Source: Myxococcales bacterium (GTDB taxonomy: Bacteria > Myxococcota_A > Polyangia > Polyangiales > Polyangiaceae). From it: DNA of 48,548 bases. Each line of letters opens with the position of its first letter. Within the stretch, counting starts at the first letter, position 1. Below are positions 26,334 through 36,453 of this stretch, piece by piece. The notes under the pieces were generated by a model, which made no database searches, was not told the origin of the DNA, and saw only the letters and a program-made list of their open reading frames with translations. Both the position numbers and the translations under genes were made by a program. The stretch spans positions 1 to 48,548 of the forward strand of contig JAYUKI010000687.1 of NCBI GenBank assembly GCA_043764595.1, written 5' to 3'.

Positions 26334-27349
26334 GCGGGCAGACGAAGCTCGACGCAGGTGGACCACCCCGGGACGTCCGTAACCCGCACGTCGCCATGCA
26401 TGGCGCGCGCGAGGGCGCGGGATACCGAGAGCCCGAGACCCATGCCTCCGGACTTGCTCGTTGCGAGAGGCTCGAACAGGGAGGTTCGGGCGTGGATGTC
26501 GATGCCCGGGCCGTTGTCGTGGACTCTCACGACGGCGCCTTCCTCGGTGCGAGTGGCCGTCACGAGGACTCGCGGCTCGCGCTCGTCGGCGCTGGCTTCG
26601 AGCCCATTTTGGACCAGGTTTTCGAGAATGATTCGAACGAACGTCCGGTCGGCCCGCGCCGAGAGATCGGGCTCCACGACGAGCTCGAGGGCTCTGCCAG
26701 GAGCGAGGTCGGCCGACGAACGCGTGACGTCGCGCACGACGCCGTCGAGGTCGAGTGGGGCGACGTTGGGCTCGAGCGAAGCCGCGACCTTCCGAAGGGC
26801 TCGGATGCTCGCGTCGATTCGGGCCATCTGCGCGCGCGCCTTGGTGAGAAGGTCGGCTCGCGAAGGACCCGGTCCTTCGGGGGACGTCTCGAGGGCGTCG
26901 ACCTCTTCGAGCAAGAGCCCGAGCGAGTGAAGTGGATTCTTGACCTCGTGGAGCGTGGCCGTCGCGACGAGCCATACGGCCTGATCGCGCTCGACGTGCT
27001 CGAGGCGGCGGCCTAGGGCATCGGCACGGAGCTCGGCTTCGCGGGCGAGGCTGGTTCGAACGCGGAAATAGTGGACCGTGACGCCGAGCAGCGCTCCTGC
27101 AAGGAGCGGAATGCCGCGGTCGACGAACGAATGCACGAGCGCGAGCGTGGCGACCAGCGGAGTCTTTCGGTCGAGGATGTCGAAAGCCGTATTTGCGGCG
27201 GCATATCCGATTCCCAGAACGAGCCCACCCAAGACATAGAGCACGAGGGAGGCCGTGCGGCCTTTTGCCCCACTCGTCTCGCGGAAGGTCGTGGTCGAGC
27301 GGCCCATGGGCGGAGTACACCACAAGGTTGCCGGGCCTCCCTCCGGCAT
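26330..27349 (-). CDS. Sensor histidine kinase with a short membrane-embedded N-terminus and no evident periplasmic domain.
   Basis: H-box TLHEVKNPLHSL, N-box ILENLVQNGLEA, G1 VHDNGPGI, G2 GGMGLGLSVS. Two or three TM helices lie in the first 85 aa. Start at ATG 27349 or 27307. Confidence 0.88.
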   Translation of the reverse strand: MPEGGPATLWCTPPMGRSTTTFRETSGAKGRTASLVLYVLGGLVLGIGYAAANTAFDILDRKTPLVATLALVHSFVDRGIPLLAGALLGVTVHYFRVRTSLAREAELRADALGRRLEHVERDQAVWLVATATLHEVKNPLHSLGLLLEEVDALETSPEGPGPSRADLLTKARAQMARIDASIRALRKVAASLEPNVAPLDLDGVVRDVTRSSADLAPGRALELVVEPDLSARADRTFVRIILENLVQNGLEASADEREPRVLVTATRTEEGAVVRVHDNGPGIDIHARTSLFEPLATSKSGGMGLGLSVSRALARAMHGDVRVTDVPGWSTCVELRLPA

Positions 27350-27394
27350 TTGTCGGATGGCCGACCTGGCTCGACAGGGACTAACCGTTCGAGG

Positions 27395-28654
27395 GTGCAA
27401 AGGCTCGGGATACTCCGCGCGGTCGTGCTGGGGCTTTGGCTCATGCCGAGCTTCGCCCAGGCCGACGAGGCGCGGGTCGTGCGACTCGCCGATGCGCTCG
27501 AGCGCGCTTCGGCGGTCGGACCCGGAGTCGCCGTGGCCGGCGCTGCGACCGCGACGTTTTCTGCCGCCCGAGATGCCGCAGGTCAGAGGCTTCCTTCGCC
27601 GCCCAACGTGACACTCGCCGCTGGGCCGCGTATCGGCGCAAGCGGAACCTCGCTCGACCTTCAAGTGGGCGTATACGTTCCGTTTTCCATTCGGGATCTC
27701 CGTGGCGCCCGAACGCGGTCCGTGGATGCCATGCGCCAAGGGACCCACGCCGACGTCGAGCGGGCCAGGAGCGACGCCGGGCTTCGCGCAGCCCTCGCTT
27801 GGGCCCATGCCCTCGAGGCCCGTGAGATTCTCGCCGTGCGGCAGGCGACCCTCGAGCGCGCCGAAGAGCTCGTGACGCTCGCCAAACGAAGGGTATCTTC
27901 CGGGGTCGCGCGACCCTCCGAGCTCGCGATGGCCTCGGGCGATCGCGCGTTCGCTTCGGCGTCCGAGCTCGATGCCGAGGGGGCCGAGGTGGATGCTCTG
28001 GTGGAGCTTCGCGTCGCGATTGGAGCGGCTCCGGGCGAGAAGCTCAGGCTCGATGGCGATCTGTCCCTCGAGCTTCCCGAAGCGCACGCTCGAGCCCGCG
28101 CGTGGGCTGCCGAGAACCTAGGCCACAACCCGGCGCTGAAGGCCGCTCAGGCGAGGGCCAGAACGGCGCGTGCCGAGGTCGTGTTGGCGCATGCCTCGAG
28201 CGGCCCGACGCTCTCGGTCGGCGCCATGTTCGCGCGTGAGGGGGACGGCTCGTCGATCGTGCTCGGAGCCCTCTCGCTTCCCGTGCCCATCCTCGACGCT
28301 GCGGCGTTCGACCGAGCCCGCGCAGACGCCATCGCGAGGACGATCGAAGCCGACGGAGCCCGACTGAAAGCGGAGCTCGCGTCGCGGCTCTCGCTCACGG
28401 TGCACGACATGGAGCACACGCGAGAAGTGCGCGAACGACTGGAAAAGGAAGCGGTTCCGATGCTTCGGGAGGCTCTTCGCCTTTCTCTCGCCGAGGTCTC
28501 GGCGGGGACCTCGGACGTGGGGCCAGCTCTTCTCGCGAGGCAGCGGCTCCTCGCTGCGGAAGAGGGCGTCACACACGCGCGCGGCGAGGTGCTGCGCGCC
28601 GACCTCCGGTTTTTGCACGTGACAGGGAGGCTCCTTCCGGAGGCCCGCCGATGA
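27395..28654 (+). CDS. Outer membrane efflux protein (TolC/CzcC-like OMF).
   Basis: A GTG start gives the signal peptide VQRLGILRAVVLGLWLMPSFAQA. Two helical repeat halves typical of OEP family proteins follow. It is first in an operon with an MFP and an RND pump. Confidence 0.75.
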   Translation: MQRLGILRAVVLGLWLMPSFAQADEARVVRLADALERASAVGPGVAVAGAATATFSAARDAAGQRLPSPPNVTLAAGPRIGASGTSLDLQVGVYVPFSIRDLRGARTRSVDAMRQGTHADVERARSDAGLRAALAWAHALEAREILAVRQATLERAEELVTLAKRRVSSGVARPSELAMASGDRAFASASELDAEGAEVDALVELRVAIGAAPGEKLRLDGDLSLELPEAHARARAWAAENLGHNPALKAAQARARTARAEVVLAHASSGPTLSVGAMFAREGDGSSIVLGALSLPVPILDAAAFDRARADAIARTIEADGARLKAELASRLSLTVHDMEHTREVRERLEKEAVPMLREALRLSLAEVSAGTSDVGPALLARQRLLAAEEGVTHARGEVLRADLRFLHVTGRLLPEARR

Positions 28655-29796
28655 ACCGCTATTCGATCTTCGCCGCCTTCGTCCTCGTGGCGTGCGGCCA
28701 CAAACAGGAACCCGCTCCGCCTCCCGTGCCTTTGGTCGCTTCGAGTGCGGCGCTCTCGGTGGAAATCGATCCGTCGCTCTTCGCGCGGGGGCGGGTCCGG
28801 CTCGGTCCCGTGACGCGTGGCGAAGGCATCGACACGCGCTCGCTCGCGGGCGAGGTCATTTCGGACGAGCGTGGTCGCGCCGAGTCGGGCGTCCTCACGG
28901 CAGGCCGAGTCGTCTCTCTCGAAGTCGACGTGGGGAGCCGCGTTCGTCGCGGTGACGTGCTCGCTTGGGTCGACGCCCCGGAGGTCGCCCGTGTGTCCGC
29001 CGAGGTCGTCCGCGCGAAGGCGCGTGCCGAGCTTTCCGCCAAGAAAGAAGCGCGGCAAAAGGCCCTCTCGCTCGAGGGTGCCACGAGCCAAAACGCCGTG
29101 GACGAAGCCTCGGCAGAGTCCGCGATCGCGAAGGCCGATCTCTCTGCGGCGGAGGGGCTGTTGCGGTCGCTCGGAGGCTCCGGCGGTGGTGGACGCGTGG
29201 CCGTTCGGAGCCCCATCGACGGAACCGTCTCGAAGCGCCACGGCGTGCTCGGTGCGGCCATTTCCCCCGACACGGCGCTATTCGAAATCGTGAAACAAGG
29301 GCCGCGCATGGTCGTGGCAAAGGTGCCCGAAGGCGCCGCGTTCTTTCCCGAGGTCGGAGGTCGCGCACGCGTGCGTCCCCGCGGCGCCACGGACGAAAAC
29401 GGTCAAGGGTGCGGCGCGATCGTGCGGGGCGATCTCGGCGCCGTCGAACCCGAGACCCGTACGCGCGGATTCCGGGTGGAGGTCGACGAAGCCTGCCCAT
29501 GGCTGGTCGTCGGCGCCTTCGTCCGCGTCGATCTCGGCGCGAAGGGCGATGCTCCGCGCACAGCGAAGCCGACGATTCCGCGGGATGCGTTGATCGAGCT
29601 GAAGGGCGGAATGGGCGTGTTCGTGCGCGCCTCGGCCGAAGGGGCGGGGCCGCTCTTGTTTCGCCCAGTGCGCACCGAGCCCGGAAGCGGCGAGAGCGTC
29701 GCGATCGCCGAGGGGCTCCGCGAAGGCGAGAACGTGGTCGTCGTCGGGGCGCCTCTCGTGAAGAGCGAGCTTTTGCGCGCGGAGCTTCACGAATGA
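28651..29796 (+). CDS. Efflux RND periplasmic adaptor (membrane fusion protein) lipoprotein.
   Basis: Lipobox AAFVLVAC|G. Lipoyl-like VRRGDVLAWVD and SPIDGTVS motifs, with a coiled-coil hairpin between them. ATGA overlaps at both ends. Confidence 0.82.
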   Translation: MNRYSIFAAFVLVACGHKQEPAPPPVPLVASSAALSVEIDPSLFARGRVRLGPVTRGEGIDTRSLAGEVISDERGRAESGVLTAGRVVSLEVDVGSRVRRGDVLAWVDAPEVARVSAEVVRAKARAELSAKKEARQKALSLEGATSQNAVDEASAESAIAKADLSAAEGLLRSLGGSGGGGRVAVRSPIDGTVSKRHGVLGAAISPDTALFEIVKQGPRMVVAKVPEGAAFFPEVGGRARVRPRGATDENGQGCGAIVRGDLGAVEPETRTRGFRVEVDEACPWLVVGAFVRVDLGAKGDAPRTAKPTIPRDALIELKGGMGVFVRASAEGAGPLLFRPVRTEPGSGESVAIAEGLREGENVVVVGAPLVKSELLRAELHE

Positions 29797-32700
29797 TCGA
29801 AAAGCTCGTTTCGTTTTCTCTCGCTCACCGGCTCTTCGTCGTCCTTGGCGTGCTCGCGCTCATCGGTCTCGGTGCCCGCGCATACATGGCACTTCCACTC
29901 GATGCCGTTCCGGACATCACGAACGTGCAAGTGCAGGTCCTCACCAATGCCCCCGGCCTGTCTCCGCTCGAGGTGGAGCAGCTCGTCACGCGTCCGGTGG
30001 AGCTCGCGATGGCAGGAATCCCTGGCATCGAAACGGTGCGCTCGACGTCGCGCACGGCCGTTTCTGCGGTGACCATCGTCTTCCGCGACGACGTCGAGCT
30101 CGCCTACGCGCGATCCCTCGTCTCGCAGCGTCTCGCTTCGGCACGCGAGGCCATTCCGCCTTCCGCAAAGCGTCCCGAGCTTGGTCCGCTCACGACGGGC
30201 CTCGGGGAGATCTACCACTTCACGATGGCGTGGCCGGGGCACACCGGGCAAGAGCTTCGCACCGTGTTCGACTGGGAGGTCGCCCAGGCCCTTCGGTCGG
30301 TTCAAGGGGTCGTCGAAGTGAACGCCTGGGGGGCGGGCGCGCGGCAGATCGAAGTGAGGCTATCGCCGCTGGACATGCAAGCCGCCGGCGTCTCACAGCG
30401 CGACGTCGAGGAGGCGCTCGGGGCCGCAGGACAGAGCGGTGGAGGTGGTGCCCTCGAGCGCGCGGGAGACCAAGTCCTCATTCGCTTCGACGGTCAATTT
30501 CGCTCGCTCGACGATGTTTCACGGCAGGTCGTGCGCGCCCGACCGGGCGGCGTGTCGGTGCTGGTGCGAGATGTTGCAACTGTTCGAAATGGTGACGGTT
30601 TTCGCGCGTCTGCGGCCACGGCCGACGGCGAGGGCGAGACGCTCTACGCGATGGTTCAGATGGTCGCGGGTGGCAACGCCCACTCGATCGTGCCGCGGGT
30701 CGAGGCGCGGGTGCACGAGCTCGAAGCTCGGTTGCCCGCGGGCGTGGTCGTGAGGCCCTTCTACGTGCGCACGCGCCTCGTGGACAGGGTGCTGGGCACG
30801 GTCCAACGCTCTCTCGTGGAGGGAGGCGTGGTCGTCGTCCTCGTGTTGCTCGCGTTCCTCGGCGATCTGCGCGCGTCGGCAGTCGTGGCCACCACCATTC
30901 CGCTCGCCATGCTCGGTGCGTTCGTCGGGATGCAAGCGATTGGCGCGAGTGGAAATCTCATGAGCCTCGGTGCCGTGGACTTCGGTCTCGTGGTCGACGG
31001 TGCGGTCGTCGTCGTCGAGGGCATGCTCACCACGATGGTCCTACGGAAGCTCACCGCGCGAGACGCGCTCGTTCACGAAGGCAAAGAGGTCGGAGCGGCC
31101 ATCGCCTTCGGGGTCGTCATCATCGGAGTGGTCTACCTTCCCGTGCTCCTTCTCGAAGGCGTCGAGGGCAAGATGTTCCGGCCGATGGCGCTCACGGTGC
31201 TCTTTGCGCTCGCCACCGCGTTCGTTCTCACGTTCACCTGGGTCCCGGTCGCCGCGTCGTTCTTGGTGAAGCACGCGCACCCCGAAGAAGGGCGTCTCCT
31301 TCGCACGATCCGGTCGGGGTTCGAGCCCGTTTCCCGCGCGCTCGTGTCGCGTCCGCGCCTCGCTGGCCTCGTCTTTGCCGTCCTGGTGACCTGCGGTGCT
31401 TTGGCGAGCTTCGGCCGCGGTGCGGAGTTCGTCCCGCGCCTCGAAGAGGGGGACCTCGTCGTTCAGCTCACCCGCCCTCCGAGCGTGTCGTTGGGCGAGT
31501 CGGTTGCGGGGACGACCGCCGTAGAAACGGCCCTCAAGGGTTTTCCCGAAGTCGTGCGCGTGGTGTCACGAAGCGGAAGCCCGGACGTCGCGACGGACAT
31601 CATGGGCATCGAGCAAAGCGACGTGTTCGTCATGCTCGCACCACGTGCCACGTGGACCACCGCGAAGACCCGCGAGGGGCTCGTGGCTGCCATGGAGACG
31701 GCGCTTCGTAAGAGCCAACCTGGAACGCTCTTCGCTTTCACTCAGCCTATCGAGATGCGCTCCCAAGAGCTTCTCGGAGGCATCAAGTCGGACGTCGGCA
31801 TCAAGATTTTCGGCGAAGATCTCGAGGTCTTGACCCATCTCGCGCACGACGTGGAGCACGAAGCTTCGCTCGTGCGCGGCGCGGCCGACATGCGCGTGGA
31901 GGCCACCACGGGTCTCGAGATGCTCACGGCCCGACCCGACGGCGCCGGCCTCGCTCGTCATGGCGTACGCGCGGACGAAGCGCGCGGCATCGTGGAAGCG
32001 ATGCGCGCGGGAAGGCCCGTGGGCGTGCTCGTCGAGGGCGAAAAGCGCTTCGACGTGATGGTTCGTCTCGACGTGCCGCCTCGGCCGAGCGTGCTCGCGC
32101 TCTCCGACTTCATGGTTCCTCTGGGCGAAAAACGGGTCGTTCCGCTCGGCGAGCTCGTGAAGATTCGTGCCGAAGAGGGTCCAGCCCAGGTGAGCCGCGA
32201 AGGCGCGCGTCGGCGCGTCCTCGTGGAGGTCAACGTGCGAGGTCGGGATCTGGCCTCGTTCGTCTCCGAGCTCGAAGGAAGGCTCGCCAAAGTCGAGAAG
32301 CCTGCGGGCTACTATTTCGTGCTCGCCGGCCAATACGAGAACCTCCAGCGGGCCTCGCGTCGTCTCGCCGTCGTCGTGCCGCTCACCTTGCTCGGCATCG
32401 TGGTCCTCCTTTGGTTCGCGTTTCGCCGCGTGCTCCCGGCGGCGCTGGTATTCGCCAACGTGCCGGCGGCAGCGAGCGGCGGAATCGTGGCTCTTGCCCT
32501 CCGAGGAATGCCCTTTTCCATCTCGGCCGCCGTGGGCTTCATTGCTCTCTTTGGAGTGGCCACGATGAATGGCGTGGTCCTGCTCACGGCCGTTCGACGC
32601 ATCGAGGAAGATGGCCTTTCTCCCGTGGAGGCCGCACGGCGCGCTGCCGAAGAGCGCTTGCGACCCGTTCTCACGACGGCGGTCGTGGCTTCCCTCGGGT

Positions 32701-32882
32701 TCTTGCCCATGGCCCTCGCTTCGGGGACGGGGGCCGAGGTCCAGAGGCCACTCGCGACCGTCGTCATTGGCGGTCTCGTGACGGCCACGTGTGTCACCTT
32801 GGGCGTGCTTCCGGCACTCTATGCGCTGCTCGCCACGCGATTCGCGAAAGCCTCCGTGAGTCCAAAAGTGCTGGAAAGATAG
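29793..32882 (+). CDS. CusA/CzcA-family heavy-metal-efflux (HME) RND transporter, 1029 aa.
   Basis: MIEKLVSFSLAHRLFVVLGVLALIGLG...LDAVPDITNVQVQV N-terminus. AVDFGLVVDGAVVVVEG is the HME-type DFG..DGA..VE motif in TM4. 12-TM organisation. The track ORF 28965.. is an artefactual 5' extension. Confidence 0.92.
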   Translation: MIEKLVSFSLAHRLFVVLGVLALIGLGARAYMALPLDAVPDITNVQVQVLTNAPGLSPLEVEQLVTRPVELAMAGIPGIETVRSTSRTAVSAVTIVFRDDVELAYARSLVSQRLASAREAIPPSAKRPELGPLTTGLGEIYHFTMAWPGHTGQELRTVFDWEVAQALRSVQGVVEVNAWGAGARQIEVRLSPLDMQAAGVSQRDVEEALGAAGQSGGGGALERAGDQVLIRFDGQFRSLDDVSRQVVRARPGGVSVLVRDVATVRNGDGFRASAATADGEGETLYAMVQMVAGGNAHSIVPRVEARVHELEARLPAGVVVRPFYVRTRLVDRVLGTVQRSLVEGGVVVVLVLLAFLGDLRASAVVATTIPLAMLGAFVGMQAIGASGNLMSLGAVDFGLVVDGAVVVVEGMLTTMVLRKLTARDALVHEGKEVGAAIAFGVVIIGVVYLPVLLLEGVEGKMFRPMALTVLFALATAFVLTFTWVPVAASFLVKHAHPEEGRLLRTIRSGFEPVSRALVSRPRLAGLVFAVLVTCGALASFGRGAEFVPRLEEGDLVVQLTRPPSVSLGESVAGTTAVETALKGFPEVVRVVSRSGSPDVATDIMGIEQSDVFVMLAPRATWTTAKTREGLVAAMETALRKSQPGTLFAFTQPIEMRSQELLGGIKSDVGIKIFGEDLEVLTHLAHDVEHEASLVRGAADMRVEATTGLEMLTARPDGAGLARHGVRADEARGIVEAMRAGRPVGVLVEGEKRFDVMVRLDVPPRPSVLALSDFMVPLGEKRVVPLGELVKIRAEEGPAQVSREGARRRVLVEVNVRGRDLASFVSELEGRLAKVEKPAGYYFVLAGQYENLQRASRRLAVVVPLTLLGIVVLLWFAFRRVLPAALVFANVPAAASGGIVALALRGMPFSISAAVGFIALFGVATMNGVVLLTAVRRIEEDGLSPVEAARRAAEERLRPVLTTAVVASLGFLPMALASGTGAEVQRPLATVVIGGLVTATCVTLGVLPALYALLATRFAKASVSPKVLER

Positions 32883-32915
32883 ACCAGAACGAGTCTCGCT
32901 CGACGCGAATCGGCG

Positions 32916-33674
32916 TCAGAGATTCTTCACCGTGAGCCCAAGGCCCATTCCCGATCCCATTTGGACCGGCTCCACGCGCCAAGACGCGTCTCGGTACATG
33001 ACCACGACCTTTTTCGGGGCCAAAAAGCCCGCCACGAAGAGGGCGACGCCGACGGTCTGCAGGGCGCCGTCGAAGATCGCGAGGGCTCGCCCTCCCGAGG
33101 TCGGTGCTTGTCCTGCCGTCATGAACGGGCCAATCAAGGGGGCATAAAGCCACGCGCTGCCATTTCGGCACTCCATCTGCGCACCGCACGTGCCAATCGC
33201 GTAAAAGAGGGACAGGGCATAAGCGCCCCCCGCCATGCTGAGCCCGGTCGCAATGTAGGCCGTGCGGGGACGCTCTTCGATCGTGGAATCTTTGGGAATC
33301 CGTCCGCCTTGGTAGTCCACGATCTTCGGCGGCACGTAGGTGCTTTGCTCGTAGGCGCTCTCGGGCGCGGGCGTGTTCGGGACCCTGTAGTCGGGGGCGC
33401 TTCTCGTGGTGGGACTGTCCGTGCGGGCCGCAGGCAAAGGTGCAGGCGGAGTGGCGGGTGCGACGGCTTGGACCACAGGCGTTCCCAAGGGAGTCGCCGT
33501 TCCCGTGGAAGGGGGCGTTCCGGTGGAAGGCACCGCTTGGGCTTTGCTGGTCGGAGTCGTGGCTGGAGGAGCCATGGTTGGAGCCATGGGCCCCAGCGCT
33601 GGAGGCTCGGCGTGCGCCGTGGCGCTACCGAGGAGAATGGCGAAGACAGAAGAAAACGTCGTGAGGGCTCGCAT
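32916..33674 (-). CDS. Secreted Pro/Thr-rich protein with C-terminal hydrophobic helices, hypothetical.
   Basis: MRALTTFSSVFAILLGSATAHA signal peptide, then about 110 aa of P/T/A-rich sequence, then the hydrophobic segments AYIATGLSMAGGAYALSLFYAI and ALQTVGVALFVAGFLA. Confidence 0.55.
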   Translation of the reverse strand: MRALTTFSSVFAILLGSATAHAEPPALGPMAPTMAPPATTPTSKAQAVPSTGTPPSTGTATPLGTPVVQAVAPATPPAPLPAARTDSPTTRSAPDYRVPNTPAPESAYEQSTYVPPKIVDYQGGRIPKDSTIEERPRTAYIATGLSMAGGAYALSLFYAIGTCGAQMECRNGSAWLYAPLIGPFMTAGQAPTSGGRALAIFDGALQTVGVALFVAGFLAPKKVVVMYRDASWRVEPVQMGSGMGLGLTVKNL

Positions 33675-33829
33675 GTTGAAGGCTCCTTTGCGAGGAGCCT
33701 TTTGCATCGCTTGTGCCGTTTCGAATTCCCCAGGATCTTCGAGGGATGACGCCGTGCCCTACACGAGGTGAGCGAGCCCTTGCACACATGCGCCGGAGCC
33801 TTTGCACACTCCTCGACGCGCGGCTAGCG

Positions 33830-35329
33830 TCACGGCGTGCACCTCGAGCGTCGCGTCTCGTCGCGATCGAAGTCGAGCTCGGCGTCCTTTCGGTTCCGCT
33901 CGGTTGCCTTCGGGTCCTTGCGGAAGGCGACTTCGGCGACCTTCCAGCGCACGAAAATCGGCTTCAGCTCCGAACAGCGCGGCGTGTTGGCCGAGATGCA
34001 GCGGTAGCCGGACTCGAGGGCGCTTCGTCCGTCGCTCGCGCCGCCGCCGCGGTCGTTCGTGACGTTCGCCATGCGTTTTTCGGCCGCATCGAAGAGCTCC
34101 TTGCAGCGGGCCGTGTTCTTCGCTTGGCTGGCGACCCCAATGTCACGACGAATGCGAATGAGCGCGTCGGCTTCGCTCTTCGTTTGATCGTACGGGCAGC
34201 GACGATTGGCGTCTTGGCGGACTTCTTCATCGAGCTTGTCGTCTCGTTTGGTGTGGTTCGTGTCCTCCGACGCGAGGTATTGCCGAAGCTCCCGTGAGCC
34301 GTCGTCGCACTTGCCGGCCATCATCATGCACCATGCACGAGTCTTGAGCGTGGGCCCGTACTTGCCACCCGCGCGCGCCCACTCGTCGTAGGCCTGGACG
34401 CACCCGGCGCCGTCCCCGCGGTTGAAGCGATCGTTGACCTGCTGGGAGAGCCGGACGATCTCCTCCGTGGACGCCTCGGTTCCCTTCGCTTGAGCGAGCA
34501 CGGCCGCGGTCACGGCGCTGACGGGCTTGCCGTCGGGGCCGAGCTGGGCGGACGCCGCGGAGGTGCCTTCGCTCAACGAGCGCAGGACGAGGCGAATGGG
34601 AACACGGCACGACCGGTTGTCGGTCTCGCGGCACTTCGCCACGTCACCACCACGCGCGACGCTGCTCTGCTCGTGGCTGCGCTTGCCACCTGCCGACGCG
34701 CCCATCACGCTGCTTCCCTCGGCCTCGACCGAGTTTTTCTCGGCGACGTCGAGCTCGAAGGCTCCAAGGTTGTACGACGACACGAAGTGGGTGGCGCTCG
34801 CGCAGCCCTTGGCCCTGGCGAGGTCGCCTTTGAACACTTCCGTGCTGTGCGACGACACGACGCCCGCGACGAAGTACTTGAGATGAAGGTTCTCCCCGGC
34901 GGTCACGCGGCCCGAAAAGCTGGCGGCGCCGAGCGGCAGCTTCGCGTAGAGCTCTCCCTGGTTCTTGACGTCGAGGCCTTGTTCGCCGCCGGTCGTGAAC
35001 TCGGGATTGGCGTATTCGCCAAGCACACCGCCAGCTTCGTTGCGGGTGCACGTCTCGAGCACCTCGAGCTTGCAGCCCTCGTAACGGACTACAACCGTCC
35101 CCTTCTTTGCTCTGGCCTCGAAGCTCGCAAGGTCCGTGGCGTCCCACTGGATGACGAAGGGCTTTTCATGGCCCTTCGCGGCCTCTCCGCACTTCTGAGC
35201 GATGGCGGACTCGGACAGCATCCCTTCCTTGCCGGCCATCGTGGGGGGCGGAGTAGCGCCACCGCACGCCGCGGCCGCAGTGGAAAACAGGGAGACGAGC
35301 AAGAGCGAGCTGCGGATCGATGGGCGCAT
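33830..35329 (-). CDS. Large lipoprotein, hypothetical, with a beta-rich N-terminal half and a Cys-containing helical C-terminal half.
   Basis: MRPSIRSSLLLVSLFSTAAAAC|GG carries the lipobox. I recognise no catalytic motif. Confidence 0.6.
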   Translation of the reverse strand: MRPSIRSSLLLVSLFSTAAAACGGATPPPTMAGKEGMLSESAIAQKCGEAAKGHEKPFVIQWDATDLASFEARAKKGTVVVRYEGCKLEVLETCTRNEAGGVLGEYANPEFTTGGEQGLDVKNQGELYAKLPLGAASFSGRVTAGENLHLKYFVAGVVSSHSTEVFKGDLARAKGCASATHFVSSYNLGAFELDVAEKNSVEAEGSSVMGASAGGKRSHEQSSVARGGDVAKCRETDNRSCRVPIRLVLRSLSEGTSAASAQLGPDGKPVSAVTAAVLAQAKGTEASTEEIVRLSQQVNDRFNRGDGAGCVQAYDEWARAGGKYGPTLKTRAWCMMMAGKCDDGSRELRQYLASEDTNHTKRDDKLDEEVRQDANRRCPYDQTKSEADALIRIRRDIGVASQAKNTARCKELFDAAEKRMANVTNDRGGGASDGRSALESGYRCISANTPRCSELKPIFVRWKVAEVAFRKDPKATERNRKDAELDFDRDETRRSRCTP

Positions 35330-35430
35330 GATGATTCTCCGCCCGGCAGCATAATGGAAGCCGTGGTCGCGCGACCCCAAAGAGTGACTTCCTTCCCGCA
35401 GCCCGGGCGGCTCGTGGACCGTGATTTTCG

Positions 35431-36453
35431 ATGGGCGAGCTTGTTTTTCCCACGCACGGTCCGCTCGGGAGTAAGTCCGTTCACCGAATGAGCACGGTAG
35501 GCGACGAAGGCCCCACGAACGTGACCTGGACGAGCCTTCTCGTTTGTCCCAAAGACGGCGGTCGCCTTCGCGCTTCGGGGACCGAGGCTCCGTCGAGCGG
35601 CCGTTGGTCGGGAACCCTCACGTGTGGAACGTGCCAGCTCGCCTTCGATGTGGAGGACGGCATCGCTCGATTCCTCGGGCAAGGTGCCGAAGCGCTCGCG
35701 GGCCATCCGGACAAGCTTCATGAGGCCGTGGCGCGCGACGTCGGTGCTTCGACCTACGACGAACGCATGCCGACTTACCGAAACCGTCTCGAGATACCGC
35801 CCACCCTCGACGCTCTCGACGCCCAAGCCAACGACGTCGTAGCCGAGCTCGGGTGCGGCACCGGGCGCATGACGATCCTCTTTCTCGAGACGGTGCGACA
35901 CGTGGTCGCCGTCGACTTTTCGGTCGCGTCGCTCGTGCGGCTTCGGGAGCGGGTCTCTCCGAAGCTTCGTGAGAGACTCTATTTGGTTCACGCAGACGTG
36001 GCCCGTCCGCCCCTCGCCAAGGGGGCCTTTTCGAAGGTCGCATCGTTTCAAGTCCTCGAGCACCTTCCCTCGGCGGACGAACGCCAGAAATGCATCGTGG
36101 CGGCTCGCGAGCTTCTCCGGGAAGGCACGGGGACTCTGACGTTGAGTGTCTACAATTGGTCTACGTGGAAACAGTACGACGCCAAACGCGGCCGAGGGGA
36201 CAACTCGAAGAAAGAGGGGCACCACTCCACCACACCGCCCATTTACTACTACAACTTCGAGGATGGTGAGCTTCGGGAGCTGCTCGAGGGATCGGGGTTT
36301 GCCGTCCAAAAGCTGCGTGGCCTCATTCTGCAAGTGCCCGGGCTTCTGGCACTGGGGCGGTTCGGGGCTCCCATCCATCATGCTCTCGCCGAGACGCGCT
36401 TCGGACTACGAAATGGGCACTTGTTGCTCGCCCACGCGAGGGTCAAAACCTAG
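35431..36453 (+). CDS. Class I SAM-dependent methyltransferase with an N-terminal Trm112-like zinc-ribbon segment.
   Basis: LLVCPKDGGRL...LTCGTCQLAFDVEDGIARFL is Trm112p-like. VVAELGCGTGRMT is SAM motif I, followed by FSKVASFQVLEHL. The start is uncertain (35431 or ATG 35488). Confidence 0.78.
   Translation: MGELVFPTHGPLGSKSVHRMSTVGDEGPTNVTWTSLLVCPKDGGRLRASGTEAPSSGRWSGTLTCGTCQLAFDVEDGIARFLGQGAEALAGHPDKLHEAVARDVGASTYDERMPTYRNRLEIPPTLDALDAQANDVVAELGCGTGRMTILFLETVRHVVAVDFSVASLVRLRERVSPKLRERLYLVHADVARPPLAKGAFSKVASFQVLEHLPSADERQKCIVAARELLREGTGTLTLSVYNWSTWKQYDAKRGRGDNSKKEGHHSTTPPIYYYNFEDGELRELLEGSGFAVQKLRGLILQVPGLLALGRFGAPIHHALAETRFGLRNGHLLLAHARVKT

Noticed and set aside
27350-27394. Inverted repeat TGTCG-N16-CGACA in the kinase / efflux-operon intergenic region, considered as a response-regulator binding site.
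   Set aside because: The 5-bp arms are too weak to be meaningful on their own. It is noted only as the place to look experimentally.
28965-29792. The 276-aa Arg-rich extension at the 5' end of ORF 28965..32882 (+).
   Set aside because: It overlaps the MFP gene in another frame. The RND pump begins with the canonical MIEKLVSFS at 29793, with an ATGA overlap.
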